DNA of 64,000 nt from an uncultured Gemmatimonadaceae bacterium (GTDB lineage: Bacteria > Gemmatimonadota > Gemmatimonadetes > Gemmatimonadales > Gemmatimonadaceae). A model generated the notes under the pieces. It was not told the origin of the DNA and searched no databases. It worked only from the letters and a program-made list of their open reading frames with translations. The DNA lies in contig CAVUDW010000003.1 of NCBI GenBank assembly GCA_963740355.1, positions 96,001 to 160,000 of the forward strand, in the 5' to 3' direction. How positions within the stretch are numbered: the stretch's first letter is position 1; each line of letters starts with the position of its first letter. Positions 48,252-58,208 of this stretch are shown one piece after another. The position numbers and the translations under genes were made by a program.

Positions 48252-50513
48252 ATGGACGACCTCCTCAGGGACTTCCTGACCGAAAGCAGCGAGAACCTTG
48301 GCAAGCTCGATAACGACATCGTCGAACTCGAGCAGCATCCCGAGGACACCGCGCGCTTGAATTGCGTCTTCCGCACCATTCACACGATCAAGGGAACGTG
48401 CGGATTTCTTGGACTCGTTCGGCTGGAAGGCATTGCACATGCGACCGAGAACGTGCTCGACGCACTGCGCGCTGGCCGTCTGACGGTTCAGGAGGAATTG
48501 ATCGGCGACGTGCTCGCGGCCATCGACTGCATCAAGATGGTGCTGCAGACGCTCGAGACCACGGAAGTGGAACCGGAAGGTGACGACGCGGCACTGATCA
48601 CGCGGCTCGAGCGCTGGCTTCCCGCGTCGGAGCGTGTGCATGAGTTGCCTGACGCGAGCCAGATTGCCGCAATCGCAGCGGGGCCGCTGGTGCCGGTCGA
48701 GCGCGCCGCCATCAGTGCTGCGGAGGCGCCACTCGCTCCGAGCGCCGGAAGCGATGCGAGTGAGGCACAGGGGCGCGATGGTGCGTCATGGGATGGCGTC
48801 GAGCGTCGGAATGGCAAGCCCGAAGCGCACGTTGCCGAGAGCACGCTGCGCGTCGGCGTCGACGTCCTCGACAAGCTGATGAACCTCGTCGGCGAGCTGG
48901 CCCTCGGGCGCAACCAGCTGTTGCAACTCGCCGCCTCGGAGGAGGAGTCACCCTTCGCCAAGCCGGTGCAACAGCTGGATCGCGTCACGACCGACCTGCT
49001 CGAGGCGGTGATGAAGACGCGCATGCAGCCGATCGGGAATGCCTGGACGAAGTTGCCGCGGTTGGTGCGTGACCTGTCGCAGTCGAGCGGCAAGCACATC
49101 ACCCTCGTGATGCATGGCGCGGAGACCGATCTCGATCGGCAGATCCTGCAGGCGATCCAGGATCCCCTCACACACATGATCCGCAATTCCGCCGACCATG
49201 GCGTGGAATCGCCATCGGTCCGTCGTGAGGCGGGCAAGTCGGAGACCGGCACCATTCGTCTCAGCGCCCGCCATGAGGGCGGCCATGTGGTGATCGAGAT
49301 TGCGGATGATGGCGCCGGCATCAATGCGGCCCGCGTGCGTCGGAAGGCGGTCGAGCGCGGCCTGATCAAGGCGGACGTCGCCGATGCCATGCCCGACGCG
49401 CAGATCCTGCGCTACATCTTCGAGCCTGGCTTCTCGACCGCCGAGCAGGTGACCAACGTCTCGGGACGAGGTGTTGGGATGGACGTCGTCCGCAGCAATA
49501 TCGATGCGATCGGCGGCACGGTGGAACTGTCGTCCCAGATGGGGCTGGGCACGACGGTTCGGATCAAGATTCCGCTGACCCTTGCCATCATCTCCGCGCT
49601 GCTCGTCGGCACGGCGGGTGAATCGTTCGCGGTGCCGCAAATCGGCATCGTCGAGCTGGTCCGGGTGACGGAGGATCAGCAGCATCTAGTGGAAGACGTG
49701 CACGGTGCACAGTTCTATCGCCTGCGCGAAACACTGCTGCCACTCGTGCCGCTGCGCACGCTGCTCAACCTCGGCGCCGGCTCTCCGACCGCGACATACA
49801 ACATCGTGGTCTGTCAGGTGGGCGAGGCGCGATTCGGGCTCGTCGTCGAGGAGGTCTTCGATACCCAGGAGATCGTGGTCAAGCCGGTGGGCCGCTTGAT
49901 CAAGCATCTGTCGGCCTACGCCGGGTGCACGATCACCGGCGACGGGCGCGTGATCATGATCCTCGACACGACCGGCATCGCCAACATCGCGAACGTCGCC
50001 AGCAGCCAGACGCGCGACGAGGCGGAGCGTGCCTCGCAGCAGGCCGAGCGCGACCGTCTTGCCGCACAGGTCGATGCGAAGGAAAGTGTGCTGCTGTTCG
50101 ATGCCGGCCTCCCTGCCCTGCAGGCAGTGCCGCTCTCGCTGGTGGCTCGCCTCGAGGAGTTCCCGCTCTCCGCCATGGAAGAAGCGGACGGGCATTTCCT
50201 GGTGCAGTACCGCGGGGAGCTGATGCCGGTGATCGCATCGAGCCCGTCGGTCGACCTGCGAAGCATGGATCCGCGACCGGTGATCGTCTTCAGCGACCGG
50301 ACCCGGACCATCGGACTCGCGGTGAACGAGATCCGCGACATCGTCGAGGACCACGTCACCCTGCAACGACGCGCCACACGCGTTGGAGTGCTCGGCGTGG
50401 CAGTGATCGCTGGTCGTGCGACGGAAATGATCGACACCGACTACTTCCTGCGGCATGCGCACGGTGAAAGTGCCACCGCCACCGACTCCACTTCCATGAC
50501 GGTGGGCGCATGA
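48252..50513 (+). CDS. cheA: Chemotaxis histidine kinase CheA with two C-terminal CheW domains
   Basis: HTIKG Hpt, RNSADHG, DDGAG, PGFSTA and SGRGVGMDVV; two CheW-like domains. Confidence 0.95.
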   Translation: MDDLLRDFLTESSENLGKLDNDIVELEQHPEDTARLNCVFRTIHTIKGTCGFLGLVRLEGIAHATENVLDALRAGRLTVQEELIGDVLAAIDCIKMVLQTLETTEVEPEGDDAALITRLERWLPASERVHELPDASQIAAIAAGPLVPVERAAISAAEAPLAPSAGSDASEAQGRDGASWDGVERRNGKPEAHVAESTLRVGVDVLDKLMNLVGELALGRNQLLQLAASEEESPFAKPVQQLDRVTTDLLEAVMKTRMQPIGNAWTKLPRLVRDLSQSSGKHITLVMHGAETDLDRQILQAIQDPLTHMIRNSADHGVESPSVRREAGKSETGTIRLSARHEGGHVVIEIADDGAGINAARVRRKAVERGLIKADVADAMPDAQILRYIFEPGFSTAEQVTNVSGRGVGMDVVRSNIDAIGGTVELSSQMGLGTTVRIKIPLTLAIISALLVGTAGESFAVPQIGIVELVRVTEDQQHLVEDVHGAQFYRLRETLLPLVPLRTLLNLGAGSPTATYNIVVCQVGEARFGLVVEEVFDTQEIVVKPVGRLIKHLSAYAGCTITGDGRVIMILDTTGIANIANVASSQTRDEAERASQQAERDRLAAQVDAKESVLLFDAGLPALQAVPLSLVARLEEFPLSAMEEADGHFLVQYRGELMPVIASSPSVDLRSMDPRPVIVFSDRTRTIGLAVNEIRDIVEDHVTLQRRATRVGVLGVAVIAGRATEMIDTDYFLRHAHGESATATDSTSMTVGA

Positions 50514-50986
50514 GCACCAGAACCGCCGCACCCGGTACGAGCATACGCACCGGCCAGCTCGAGTACGTCACGTTCAGGCTCGCCGAGCAGTGGCTCGGCA
50601 TCCCGGTGATGGTCGTCCAGGAGGTGCTGGTGGCGATGCGCATTGCGCGCGTGCCGATGGCGCCGGATGCGATTGCCGGCTTTCTCAACCTGCGCGGGCA
50701 GATCGTCACGGCCGTCGACCTGCGCACCACGCTGCAGCTCGACGCCCGCGCCGCGGATGCAGAGATCATGAATGTCGTCGTCCAGCATGAGGGCGAGCTG
50801 TTCGCCTTCATGGTCGACGAAGTGGGTGATGTGGTGTCGGTGGAAAGCGACACCGTCGAACCTCCGCCAGCGACCCTCGACGCGCGTTGGCGAATGGCCT
50901 GCTCCGGCATCGTCCGTCGGGACCGCGGGCTGCTGCTGGTCATGAATGTTCACGAAGTGCTTCGCCTCGAGCACGTGTCCGGCTGA
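50510..50986 (+). CDS. cheW: CheW adaptor
   Basis: VQEVL, AGFLNLRGQIVTAVDLR and VDEVGDV. Confidence 0.93.
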   Translation: MSTRTAAPGTSIRTGQLEYVTFRLAEQWLGIPVMVVQEVLVAMRIARVPMAPDAIAGFLNLRGQIVTAVDLRTTLQLDARAADAEIMNVVVQHEGELFAFMVDEVGDVVSVESDTVEPPPATLDARWRMACSGIVRRDRGLLLVMNVHEVLRLEHVSG

Positions 50987-51082
50987 GCCCCCAGTGTGGC
51001 GGGCTCCCGACTGAGTTACAGAGGCGAGCCACACAGCAGCACATCCACCCATCGACACCACCATCCGCGCATCCCACTGACC

Positions 51083-53137
51083 ATGTCCACGAATCGAATC
51101 CCGACGCCCGGCACACGATCCACCAAGCTCGCTGGCAAGAGCCGCGCATCAGCCGGTGCGATCTCGCACGGTGACAGTGCTGCCAAAGACAGCGCAGAGA
51201 GTCTCGCCCTTGCCGCCAGGGTGGCGGATCTCGAAGCGCAGGTGGCGGCGATCAACACCTCGATGGCGGTGGTCGAGTTCGATCTCGATGGCACGGTGCT
51301 CACCGCCAATGCCAACTTCCTCAGCGTGATGGGCTACACGCTGCCAGAGATCCAGGGCCGGCACCATTCGATGTTCGTGGATGAGGCATACAAGGCGAGC
51401 GCGGAATACCGCGATTTCTGGGCGAAGCTGAACCGCGGCGAATTTGACGCGGCGGAATATCGTCGTGTCGCGCGCGGTGGTCGTGAGGTCTGGATCCAGG
51501 CGTCGTACAACCCGATCCGCGACCGGTCCGGGCGCGTCGTGAAGGTCATCAAGTACGCGTCGGACATCACCAGGCAGAGCACGGCGATGGCCGATTTCGA
51601 AGGACAGGTCTCGGCCATCGGCAAGTCGAATGCGGTGATCGAGTTCAACCTCGACGGCTCGATCCTCACGGCGAACGACAATTTCCTCGGGCTGCTCGGC
51701 TACACCCTCGATGAAGTGCGAGGCCAGCACCACTCCATGTTCGTCGACGAGGCGTACCGCAACAGCAACGCCTACAAGGAGTTCTGGGCCAAGCTCAATC
51801 GCGGCGAGTACCACTCCGACGAGTTTCGCCGTATTGGCAAGGGCGGCAAGGTGTGCCACATCCAGGCGACCTACAACCCGATCCGAGGCCGCGATGGGCG
51901 CCTGGTGAAGGTGGTCAAGTACGCCACCGACAGCACGGCGCTCGTGAAAATGCGCGCCGAGATGGCGCTCTTCAAGCCGATGGTGGAGTCCGCACGAGTC
52001 AACCTGATGCTCTGCGATCTCGATTTCAACATCAAGTACATCAACCCTGCGTCACTCGAGACGCTGACCCGCATCGAGAAGCACCTGCCGGTGAAGGCCA
52101 GCCAGGTCGTCGGCAGCAAGATCGACATCTTCCACAAGGATCCCGCGCACCAACGCGCGATGTTGTCGACCGACAAGAACCTGCCGCACAACGCCAAGAT
52201 CCGCGTCGGCCCGGAGACGCTCGACCTCAACGCCGTCGCCATCTACAACGAGGCCGGTGAGTACGTCGGCCCGATGGTGAACTGGTCGGTGATCACGGAT
52301 CAGGTGCGCATGGCAGACGACTTCGAGGCCACTGTGGCGGCGATTGCAAGCGTCGTCAGTTCCTCCTCGACCGAACTCGAAGCGAGCGCCCAGGGAATGG
52401 CGGCATCGTCCGAGGAGACGACGCGCCAGGCACAGGCAGTCGCCGCCGCGTCGGAACAGGCGACGCGCAACGTGCAGACCGTGGCCAGTTCCGCCGAGGA
52501 ACTCACGGCGAGCATCCGCGAGATCGCCGGGCGCGTGCAGGAAGCGTCACAGATCTCACAGGTAGCGGTGAAGCAGGCGAGCGATACGACCGAGACGATG
52601 GCGAAGCTCGGCATCTCCTCGCAGGAGATCGGCCAGGTGGTGAAGGTCATCACGTCCATCGCACAGCAGACCAACCTGCTCGCCCTGAACGCCACGATCG
52701 AGGCCGCCCGTGCCGGCGAGGCAGGAAAGGGCTTCGCCGTGGTCGCCAACGAGGTCAAGGAGCTCGCACGCCAGACGGCGCGCGCGACGGAGGAGATTGG
52801 CAGCAAGATCGCGGGCGTCCAGAGCGAAACCGCGTCGGCCGTGACTGCCATCCGCGAAATCACGAGCGTGATCAACAAGATCAACGAGATCTCGACCACC
52901 ATCGCGGGGGCCGTCGAAGAACAGAACGCGGCCACCAGCGAGATCTCGCGCAATGTCGGCGAAGCCGCCCGCGGCACGGCGGAGGTCAGTTCGAGCATCT
53001 CGACGGTCACGATGGTGGCCGCGGAAGGGGGCCGCACCGCCGAGAACATCCGCACGGCGGCGGGTGGCTTGTCGGTGGAGTCGGAGCGGCTGAACAGTGC
53101 GGTGACCGACTTCCTCACCAAGCTGCGGAAGATCTGA
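51083..53137 (+). CDS. Soluble methyl-accepting chemotaxis protein with three PAS domains
   Basis: No TM helix; two PAS-PAC repeats (ANxNFL...HHSMF...FWAKL...YNPI); a third PAS with [42 protein letters not shown]. Confidence 0.93.
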   Translation: MSTNRIPTPGTRSTKLAGKSRASAGAISHGDSAAKDSAESLALAARVADLEAQVAAINTSMAVVEFDLDGTVLTANANFLSVMGYTLPEIQGRHHSMFVDEAYKASAEYRDFWAKLNRGEFDAAEYRRVARGGREVWIQASYNPIRDRSGRVVKVIKYASDITRQSTAMADFEGQVSAIGKSNAVIEFNLDGSILTANDNFLGLLGYTLDEVRGQHHSMFVDEAYRNSNAYKEFWAKLNRGEYHSDEFRRIGKGGKVCHIQATYNPIRGRDGRLVKVVKYATDSTALVKMRAEMALFKPMVESARVNLMLCDLDFNIKYINPASLETLTRIEKHLPVKASQVVGSKIDIFHKDPAHQRAMLSTDKNLPHNAKIRVGPETLDLNAVAIYNEAGEYVGPMVNWSVITDQVRMADDFEATVAAIASVVSSSSTELEASAQGMAASSEETTRQAQAVAAASEQATRNVQTVASSAEELTASIREIAGRVQEASQISQVAVKQASDTTETMAKLGISSQEIGQVVKVITSIAQQTNLLALNATIEAARAGEAGKGFAVVANEVKELARQTARATEEIGSKIAGVQSETASAVTAIREITSVINKINEISTTIAGAVEEQNAATSEISRNVGEAARGTAEVSSSISTVTMVAAEGGRTAENIRTAAGGLSVESERLNSAVTDFLTKLRKI

Positions 53138-53139
53138 CC

Positions 53140-53508
53140 ATGAAGCGCATTCTGGTGATCGATGATTCGGGGACCATCCGGAAGGCCATTCGCCGCATTC
53201 TGGAGCAGCTGAACTATGCGGTGACGGAGGCGGAGGATGGCGAGCAGGCACTGCACGTGCTTGCCGTGGGCGACAGGTTCGACGCCGTCCTCTGCGACAT
53301 CGACATGCCGAACATGGATGGCTTGCAGTTCCTGAGCGCTGTCTCGGCGCGACCGGCGCTGCTCCCGCCACCGATCATCATGTGCACGACGCACACCTCG
53401 TTCGACAAGATCCAGACCGCGCTCACGCTTGGGGCCTCCGAGTACATCATGAAGCCCTTCGACGCCACGATCATCGGCTCGAAGCTCGAGGCGTGCGGGG
53501 TTCTGTGA
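53140..53508 (+). CDS. cheY: CheY response regulator
   Basis: IDDS, CDIDMP, MCTT and YIMKPF. Confidence 0.9.
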   Translation: MKRILVIDDSGTIRKAIRRILEQLNYAVTEAEDGEQALHVLAVGDRFDAVLCDIDMPNMDGLQFLSAVSARPALLPPPIIMCTTHTSFDKIQTALTLGASEYIMKPFDATIIGSKLEACGVL

Positions 53509-54593
53509 GCGTGCACGCCGACCCTATCCGTGTGCTGATCGTCGACGACAGCGCGGTGATTCGTGGCGCGCTTGGGCGCATCATCGACGCCGAGGCCGAC
53601 ATGACCGTGGCCACCACTGCACCGAACGGCAAGGTGGCGCTCGACGCGCTGCGGCACACCAAGATCGATGTCGTGCTGCTGGATGTCGAAATGCCGGAGA
53701 TGGATGGGTTGACGGCGCTGCCGTTGATCCTCGCCGCCTACCCCGACACGCGCGTGATCATGGCCAGTTCGCTCACGCAACGCGGGGCGGAGGTCACGAT
53801 GCATGCCCTCGCGATGGGTGCGGCGGACTACATCGCGAAGCCGGCGGCGAAGTCGGGCTCGGCGACCCTCGCCGCAATCAGCACCGAGATCGCCTCGAAG
53901 GTCCGAGCGATCGGGCGTGCTGCGCGTGGACGCCGGCCGGTGGTGGTCGGCGCGGCGAGACCGGCCTCACCTGCGCGCACCGAGCTCCTTGCCGCGCGCA
54001 GCAGTGACGCCCCGCCCCGGATCGTGGCCATCGCCTCGAGCACCGGTGGCCCCAATGCCCTGGCCGACGTGTTGTCCGCACTCCCGAAGGACTTCCCCCT
54101 GCCGATCCTGATCACACAACACATGCCTGCCGTCTTCACTGGCCTGCTCGCCTCGCGGCTCGAGCGCGACACCGGACGCACCTGCGTGGAAGCGAAGGAT
54201 GGCGACCTGATTCGTGCGAACTGCACCTACGTGGCCCCGGGCGAACACCACATGGTCGTCCTCACGAACGAAGGGCAACCATTTGTCCGACTGACGAAGA
54301 CGGAGCCTGAAAACTTCTGTCGTCCCTCTGCCGACCCAATGCTGCGTTCGATCGCGGCCGTCTATGGCGCATCGACGCTGGCGATCGTGCTGACCGGGAT
54401 GGGGGAGGATGGTTTGCGCGGCTGCGAGGAGGTGAAGCATCGCGGCGGTCGCATCCTGGTGCAGGATGAGGCGACCAGTGTGGTCTGGGGCATGCCTGGT
54501 GCCGTGGCGAACGCGGGGCTCGCATCCGCCGTGCTTCCATTGTCGAAGGTCGCCAACGCCATCATGGCCCAGTGTGGAGCGCTGGCCGCATGA
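53505..54593 (+). CDS. cheB: CheB methylesterase response regulator
   Basis: REC domain plus ASSTGG, QHM and LTGMGEDG; GTGA overlap with cheY. Confidence 0.93.
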   Translation: MSVHADPIRVLIVDDSAVIRGALGRIIDAEADMTVATTAPNGKVALDALRHTKIDVVLLDVEMPEMDGLTALPLILAAYPDTRVIMASSLTQRGAEVTMHALAMGAADYIAKPAAKSGSATLAAISTEIASKVRAIGRAARGRRPVVVGAARPASPARTELLAARSSDAPPRIVAIASSTGGPNALADVLSALPKDFPLPILITQHMPAVFTGLLASRLERDTGRTCVEAKDGDLIRANCTYVAPGEHHMVVLTNEGQPFVRLTKTEPENFCRPSADPMLRSIAAVYGASTLAIVLTGMGEDGLRGCEEVKHRGGRILVQDEATSVVWGMPGAVANAGLASAVLPLSKVANAIMAQCGALAA

Positions 54594-55441
54594 TCACCCC
54601 CGACGAGTATGCCTTCCTTGGCGAGCTGCTGAAGAAGCACAGCGGCCTCGCACTTGGCCCCGGCAAGGAGTACCTGATCGAGAGTCGACTGCCGCCAGTG
54701 GCCGTCACGTATGGCCACGCGGACGTCACCGCGCTGATCGCGGCACTGCGCAAGGGGGCGCCAGCGGCCGTCGTGAAGAACGTGTGCGACGCGATGACGA
54801 CGAACGAGACGCTATTCTTCCGTGACAACAAGCCATTTGTCGCGCTCGAGAAGGAGATCCTGCCGGCGGCCGCCCGCCGCGCGCGCGAGCAGGGTCGGCC
54901 GGTGCGCATCTGGTGTGCGGCCAGCTCCACCGGTCAGGAGCCGTACTCGATCGCGATGATCGTCGCTCAGACGGAGTCGCAGTTGGGTGGTGCAAAGGTC
55001 GAGATCATCGCCACCGACTACTCCGCCGCAGCGCTGGCGCGCGCGAAGTCTGGCGTGTACAACCAGTTCGAGGTGCAGCGCGGGCTGCCGGTAACGCACC
55101 TGATGAAGTACTTCACGCCAGTGCCTGAGGGTTTCGAGCTGAAGCCGGAGATTCGCAATCGGGTGCAATACCAGGAGATCAACCTCCTCGATCCGTTTCC
55201 GGCGTACTGGCAGTTCGACATCATCTTCTGTCGCAATGTGCTGATCTACTTCGATGTGCCGACGAAGAAGGACGTCATCGACCGCATGGCGCGGACGATG
55301 ACGCGAGGGGCGAGCCTCTTTCTCGGCGGAACGGAGAGCACACTCGGTATCACCGATTCCGTGGTGCGCGTTCCGAACCACCCGTCAGGCGTCTTTTGCA
55401 AGCCGAACGAACTCGAGTTGCACACCTCGATCGCAGCCTGA
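54590..55441 (+). CDS. cheR: CheR methyltransferase
   Basis: TTNETLFFRD, IWCAASSTGQEPYS and FDIIFCRNVLIYF. Confidence 0.95.
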   Translation: MITPDEYAFLGELLKKHSGLALGPGKEYLIESRLPPVAVTYGHADVTALIAALRKGAPAAVVKNVCDAMTTNETLFFRDNKPFVALEKEILPAAARRAREQGRPVRIWCAASSTGQEPYSIAMIVAQTESQLGGAKVEIIATDYSAAALARAKSGVYNQFEVQRGLPVTHLMKYFTPVPEGFELKPEIRNRVQYQEINLLDPFPAYWQFDIIFCRNVLIYFDVPTKKDVIDRMARTMTRGASLFLGGTESTLGITDSVVRVPNHPSGVFCKPNELELHTSIAA

Positions 55442-55469
55442 CGCGCGTTCCAGCCACCGCACCAACGAC

Positions 55470-55501
55470 GACGCGCGACGGAAAGCATCCCGTCGCGCGT
55501 C
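55470..55501. terminator. Hairpin after cheR, between convergent genes
   Basis: 12-bp stem GACGCGCGACGG / CCGTCGCGCGTC. Confidence 0.65.
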
Positions 55502-55549
55502 ATGTCGTTCGTCACCGCTACTCGAGAGTGGCGGGGTGTGAGTCTGGCG

Positions 55550-55864
55550 CTATTCGAGCCAGACCGTCACCTGCCGGTTGGGCTCGTCGAGCGTGAAGAT
55601 GGAGCGAGGATAGAGGACCTCCTGTCGATTGAGGTCCTCGGTGATGGCATCGAGCGGTATTTGCTCGGCCCGAATCTTCGTGACTACATCAGCAGGGATC
55701 AGTTCGATCAGCCATTTGGCACTGCGCGACGGCAGGGCTACCCGCACCCGCTCCTCACCATCGCGCACGACGCGGACCATCAGGTTCTTTGCCGGCGTGC
55801 CGGGCTCCGCCTTGGTGCCGGCGGAGAAGAAGCTGCGAACCCAGGTGTAGGGGCAGGCTGACAT
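55550..55864 (-). CDS. Hypothetical protein
   Basis: About 104-aa ORF with protein-like composition filling the gap; no recognised motif. Confidence 0.5.
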   Translation of the reverse strand: MSACPYTWVRSFFSAGTKAEPGTPAKNLMVRVVRDGEERVRVALPSRSAKWLIELIPADVVTKIRAEQIPLDAITEDLNRQEVLYPRSIFTLDEPNRQVTVWLE

Positions 55865-56087
55865 GCGGAATCCAGGGCTGAATGGTACGGGTGACGTGTC
55901 CGCGATCACGAGGAGAGTATCGTCACACTCACACCGATCGGTGAGCTGAATTCCGTGACGAATGATCAGCGCCTGCTGGGCTTCGAATGCTGCCACGCGC
56001 CGACTCGACGCCGGGTGCGAGTGCCAGCGATATTACGCGTGTCACACCATGTGATCGCCACAGCCGCTCTCGTCACTTTCGTGCACC

Positions 56088-57149
56088 ATGAATCTTTGGT
56101 TCCGCCTCATCTGGCTGTGGATCGTCGGCCGCTCGCGAACGCCGGTGCACTCACTCGGCCCGTGCCGAACACCCTTTCGTGTCAGCCTGTTCGACCTCGA
56201 CCTGTTTCGTCACATGAACAACGGTCGGTACTTCACCATCATGGACCTCGCACGGGTCGACCTCATGCACCGCTCGGGAACACTGGTGAAGCTCAATCGC
56301 GCGGGGCTTTATCCGGTGGTGACAGCCGAGTCGTTGATCTTCCGCAAGTCACTGAACTGGCGTCAACGATTCGAGATCGAATCGGAAGTCGTCGCATGGG
56401 ATGAGAAATCGATCGTGATGTCGCAGCGATTCTTCATTGGCTCGGACGAGGTGGCTGGTGCACTTGTGCAGGCACGCTTCCTTCGTCGCAGTGGTGGCAG
56501 TGTCCCAACCGCGGAACTGCTTGCGCTTCTTGGCGAGGAGATCCCGCATCCCCCCAAGCCCGCGTGGCTCGACGACTGGATGACGCTGTTCGGGAGTGGG
56601 ATCCCTCGCGCCGTTCGCGCGGCCTCGATGATACTGGCCCTGTCGATAGCGCTGCCTGGATGCGGGCATCCGCCTGCCTTCTCCCCCGCCCCGTTACCCA
56701 ACATCTCCCGAAGCGAGACGAGAATGCCGACAGACGACGCGATCTCAGCGATCGCCAGTGCGCGCGCGCGGTCGAATGCCGCCATCGCGGCGCACGACAC
56801 GAGTGCGATCGCACAAGAGTGGATGCCCGACATTCATGTCACGTCATCCACCAGCTCGCAAACCGCGGGCGCGGATGCAAATGTGCGTGCCATGGCCGCG
56901 CAGTTTGCACGCCGCCCCGACACCAAGTGGGTACGCACCCCACGAACGATCCGAGTCTTTGGAGCATGGAATGTCGGCGCCGAAGAAGGGGACTGGGTCG
57001 GGACCTGGACAGATCCGGATGGCGCGATTCGCGTCACCGGGACGTACCTCGCGCAGTGGCGCTTCACGGACGGTCGGTGGCGGATTCAGGCGGAGGTGTT
57101 CGTTCCGCTGGCCTGCGAAGGGGGTGCCTACTGCCGACAACATCCGTGA
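56088..57149 (+). CDS. Acyl-CoA thioesterase (4HBT-like) joined to a SnoaL/NTF2-like (DUF4440-type) domain
   Basis: DLDLFRHMNNGRY...DLAR in the N-half; SNAAIAAHD...GTYLAQWR...WRI in the C-half; internal lipobox-like LPGC. Confidence 0.7.
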   Translation: MNLWFRLIWLWIVGRSRTPVHSLGPCRTPFRVSLFDLDLFRHMNNGRYFTIMDLARVDLMHRSGTLVKLNRAGLYPVVTAESLIFRKSLNWRQRFEIESEVVAWDEKSIVMSQRFFIGSDEVAGALVQARFLRRSGGSVPTAELLALLGEEIPHPPKPAWLDDWMTLFGSGIPRAVRAASMILALSIALPGCGHPPAFSPAPLPNISRSETRMPTDDAISAIASARARSNAAIAAHDTSAIAQEWMPDIHVTSSTSSQTAGADANVRAMAAQFARRPDTKWVRTPRTIRVFGAWNVGAEEGDWVGTWTDPDGAIRVTGTYLAQWRFTDGRWRIQAEVFVPLACEGGAYCRQHP

Positions 57150-57206
57150 GCCATGGTGGCACCCTGCCCTGATGTCCGCTGCTGGTGATGCGTGTGATGT
57201 GTCGAA

Positions 57207-58070
57207 CTACACGATCACCGATCGCACGGACAGCAGCGGGTCGATCAGGGTCGCATCGCCGTCCACGGATATTGCGCGTGCGGCAGTGTCTCGGTCGAGC
57301 GCATTGTAGAAGAGGCGCCAGAAATCGTCGGCGCTGAGTGTTGCTGATGCGTCTGGTGCCGGCACCGTGCCGGCGAACAGCCCCCAATGGCTTTCCTCGC
57401 GAACGAGCGTCCAGTGCGCCGTCGTTTCGCCGGTCACGCCAAGCGTGATGCTTGTTCCTGCCGCGGCCGTACGATTCGCGTACGCGACGGGCAATGCACG
57501 CGCGGAAAAATCGAGCAGGGGCTCGAACCACCGAGGGGCGAGCAACTGTTCGGCGCCGACGGCGTCACGGATTTGCGCTTGATGGTGCCAGCGCTCGGTG
57601 TATTCCCGCCCGGTATCCATCCAGTTTGCCGATTGCGCCTCCCCCGCCCAGCTCACAGGCCAGCGAGACGGGGCGTACGGATCGAGCGCCGCCACCACGG
57701 ACGCTGCCCAGCCGCCGCTGATCTCGAGCAGGTCGACCATCACGCGCGGACTCAACCGCCTCGAAAAGGCCACGCCTGTTGCGTTGACCTGATTGATGAA
57801 TTTTGCCAGATCGCCGGCATCGGTGATCGGCGATTCGGCGGGGAGCTGATGGTCGTCGCGAAAGACGGACACCTTGCGCAGCTCACCATCGAGCAAATGG
57901 GCCACGACGTCGCGCACGAGCCACGGTCCGGCGACGGTCGGGCGATCCCAGTCGGTCGGCGACAGTGCACGCAACATCGTCAGCAGCTCCCCCTGCAGCG
58001 GCAGGAACAGCTGAGCGACGTGGCGAGGGCCGAGCTTGTGGAGGCCGTGACTCGGTGCGTTGTCTGTCAC
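57207..58070 (-). CDS. Maleylpyruvate isomerase N-terminal (DinB-like) domain protein
   Basis: DWDRPT..W.VRDVVAHL and ERWHHQAQIRDA. Confidence 0.8.
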   Translation of the reverse strand: MTDNAPSHGLHKLGPRHVAQLFLPLQGELLTMLRALSPTDWDRPTVAGPWLVRDVVAHLLDGELRKVSVFRDDHQLPAESPITDAGDLAKFINQVNATGVAFSRRLSPRVMVDLLEISGGWAASVVAALDPYAPSRWPVSWAGEAQSANWMDTGREYTERWHHQAQIRDAVGAEQLLAPRWFEPLLDFSARALPVAYANRTAAAGTSITLGVTGETTAHWTLVREESHWGLFAGTVPAPDASATLSADDFWRLFYNALDRDTAARAISVDGDATLIDPLLSVRSVIV

Positions 58071-58208
58071 AGGAGGCCCACAAAGGGTGATTGGGCGTGC
58101 AGCGAGTAATCGCTACGGATGAGCTGTCAGGCGAAACCCGATGATAGTCGGGTGGCCCGGCTCGCAACTTCAACTCGTACCGTTTGATACCCTACGCTGG
58201 AGCCACGC

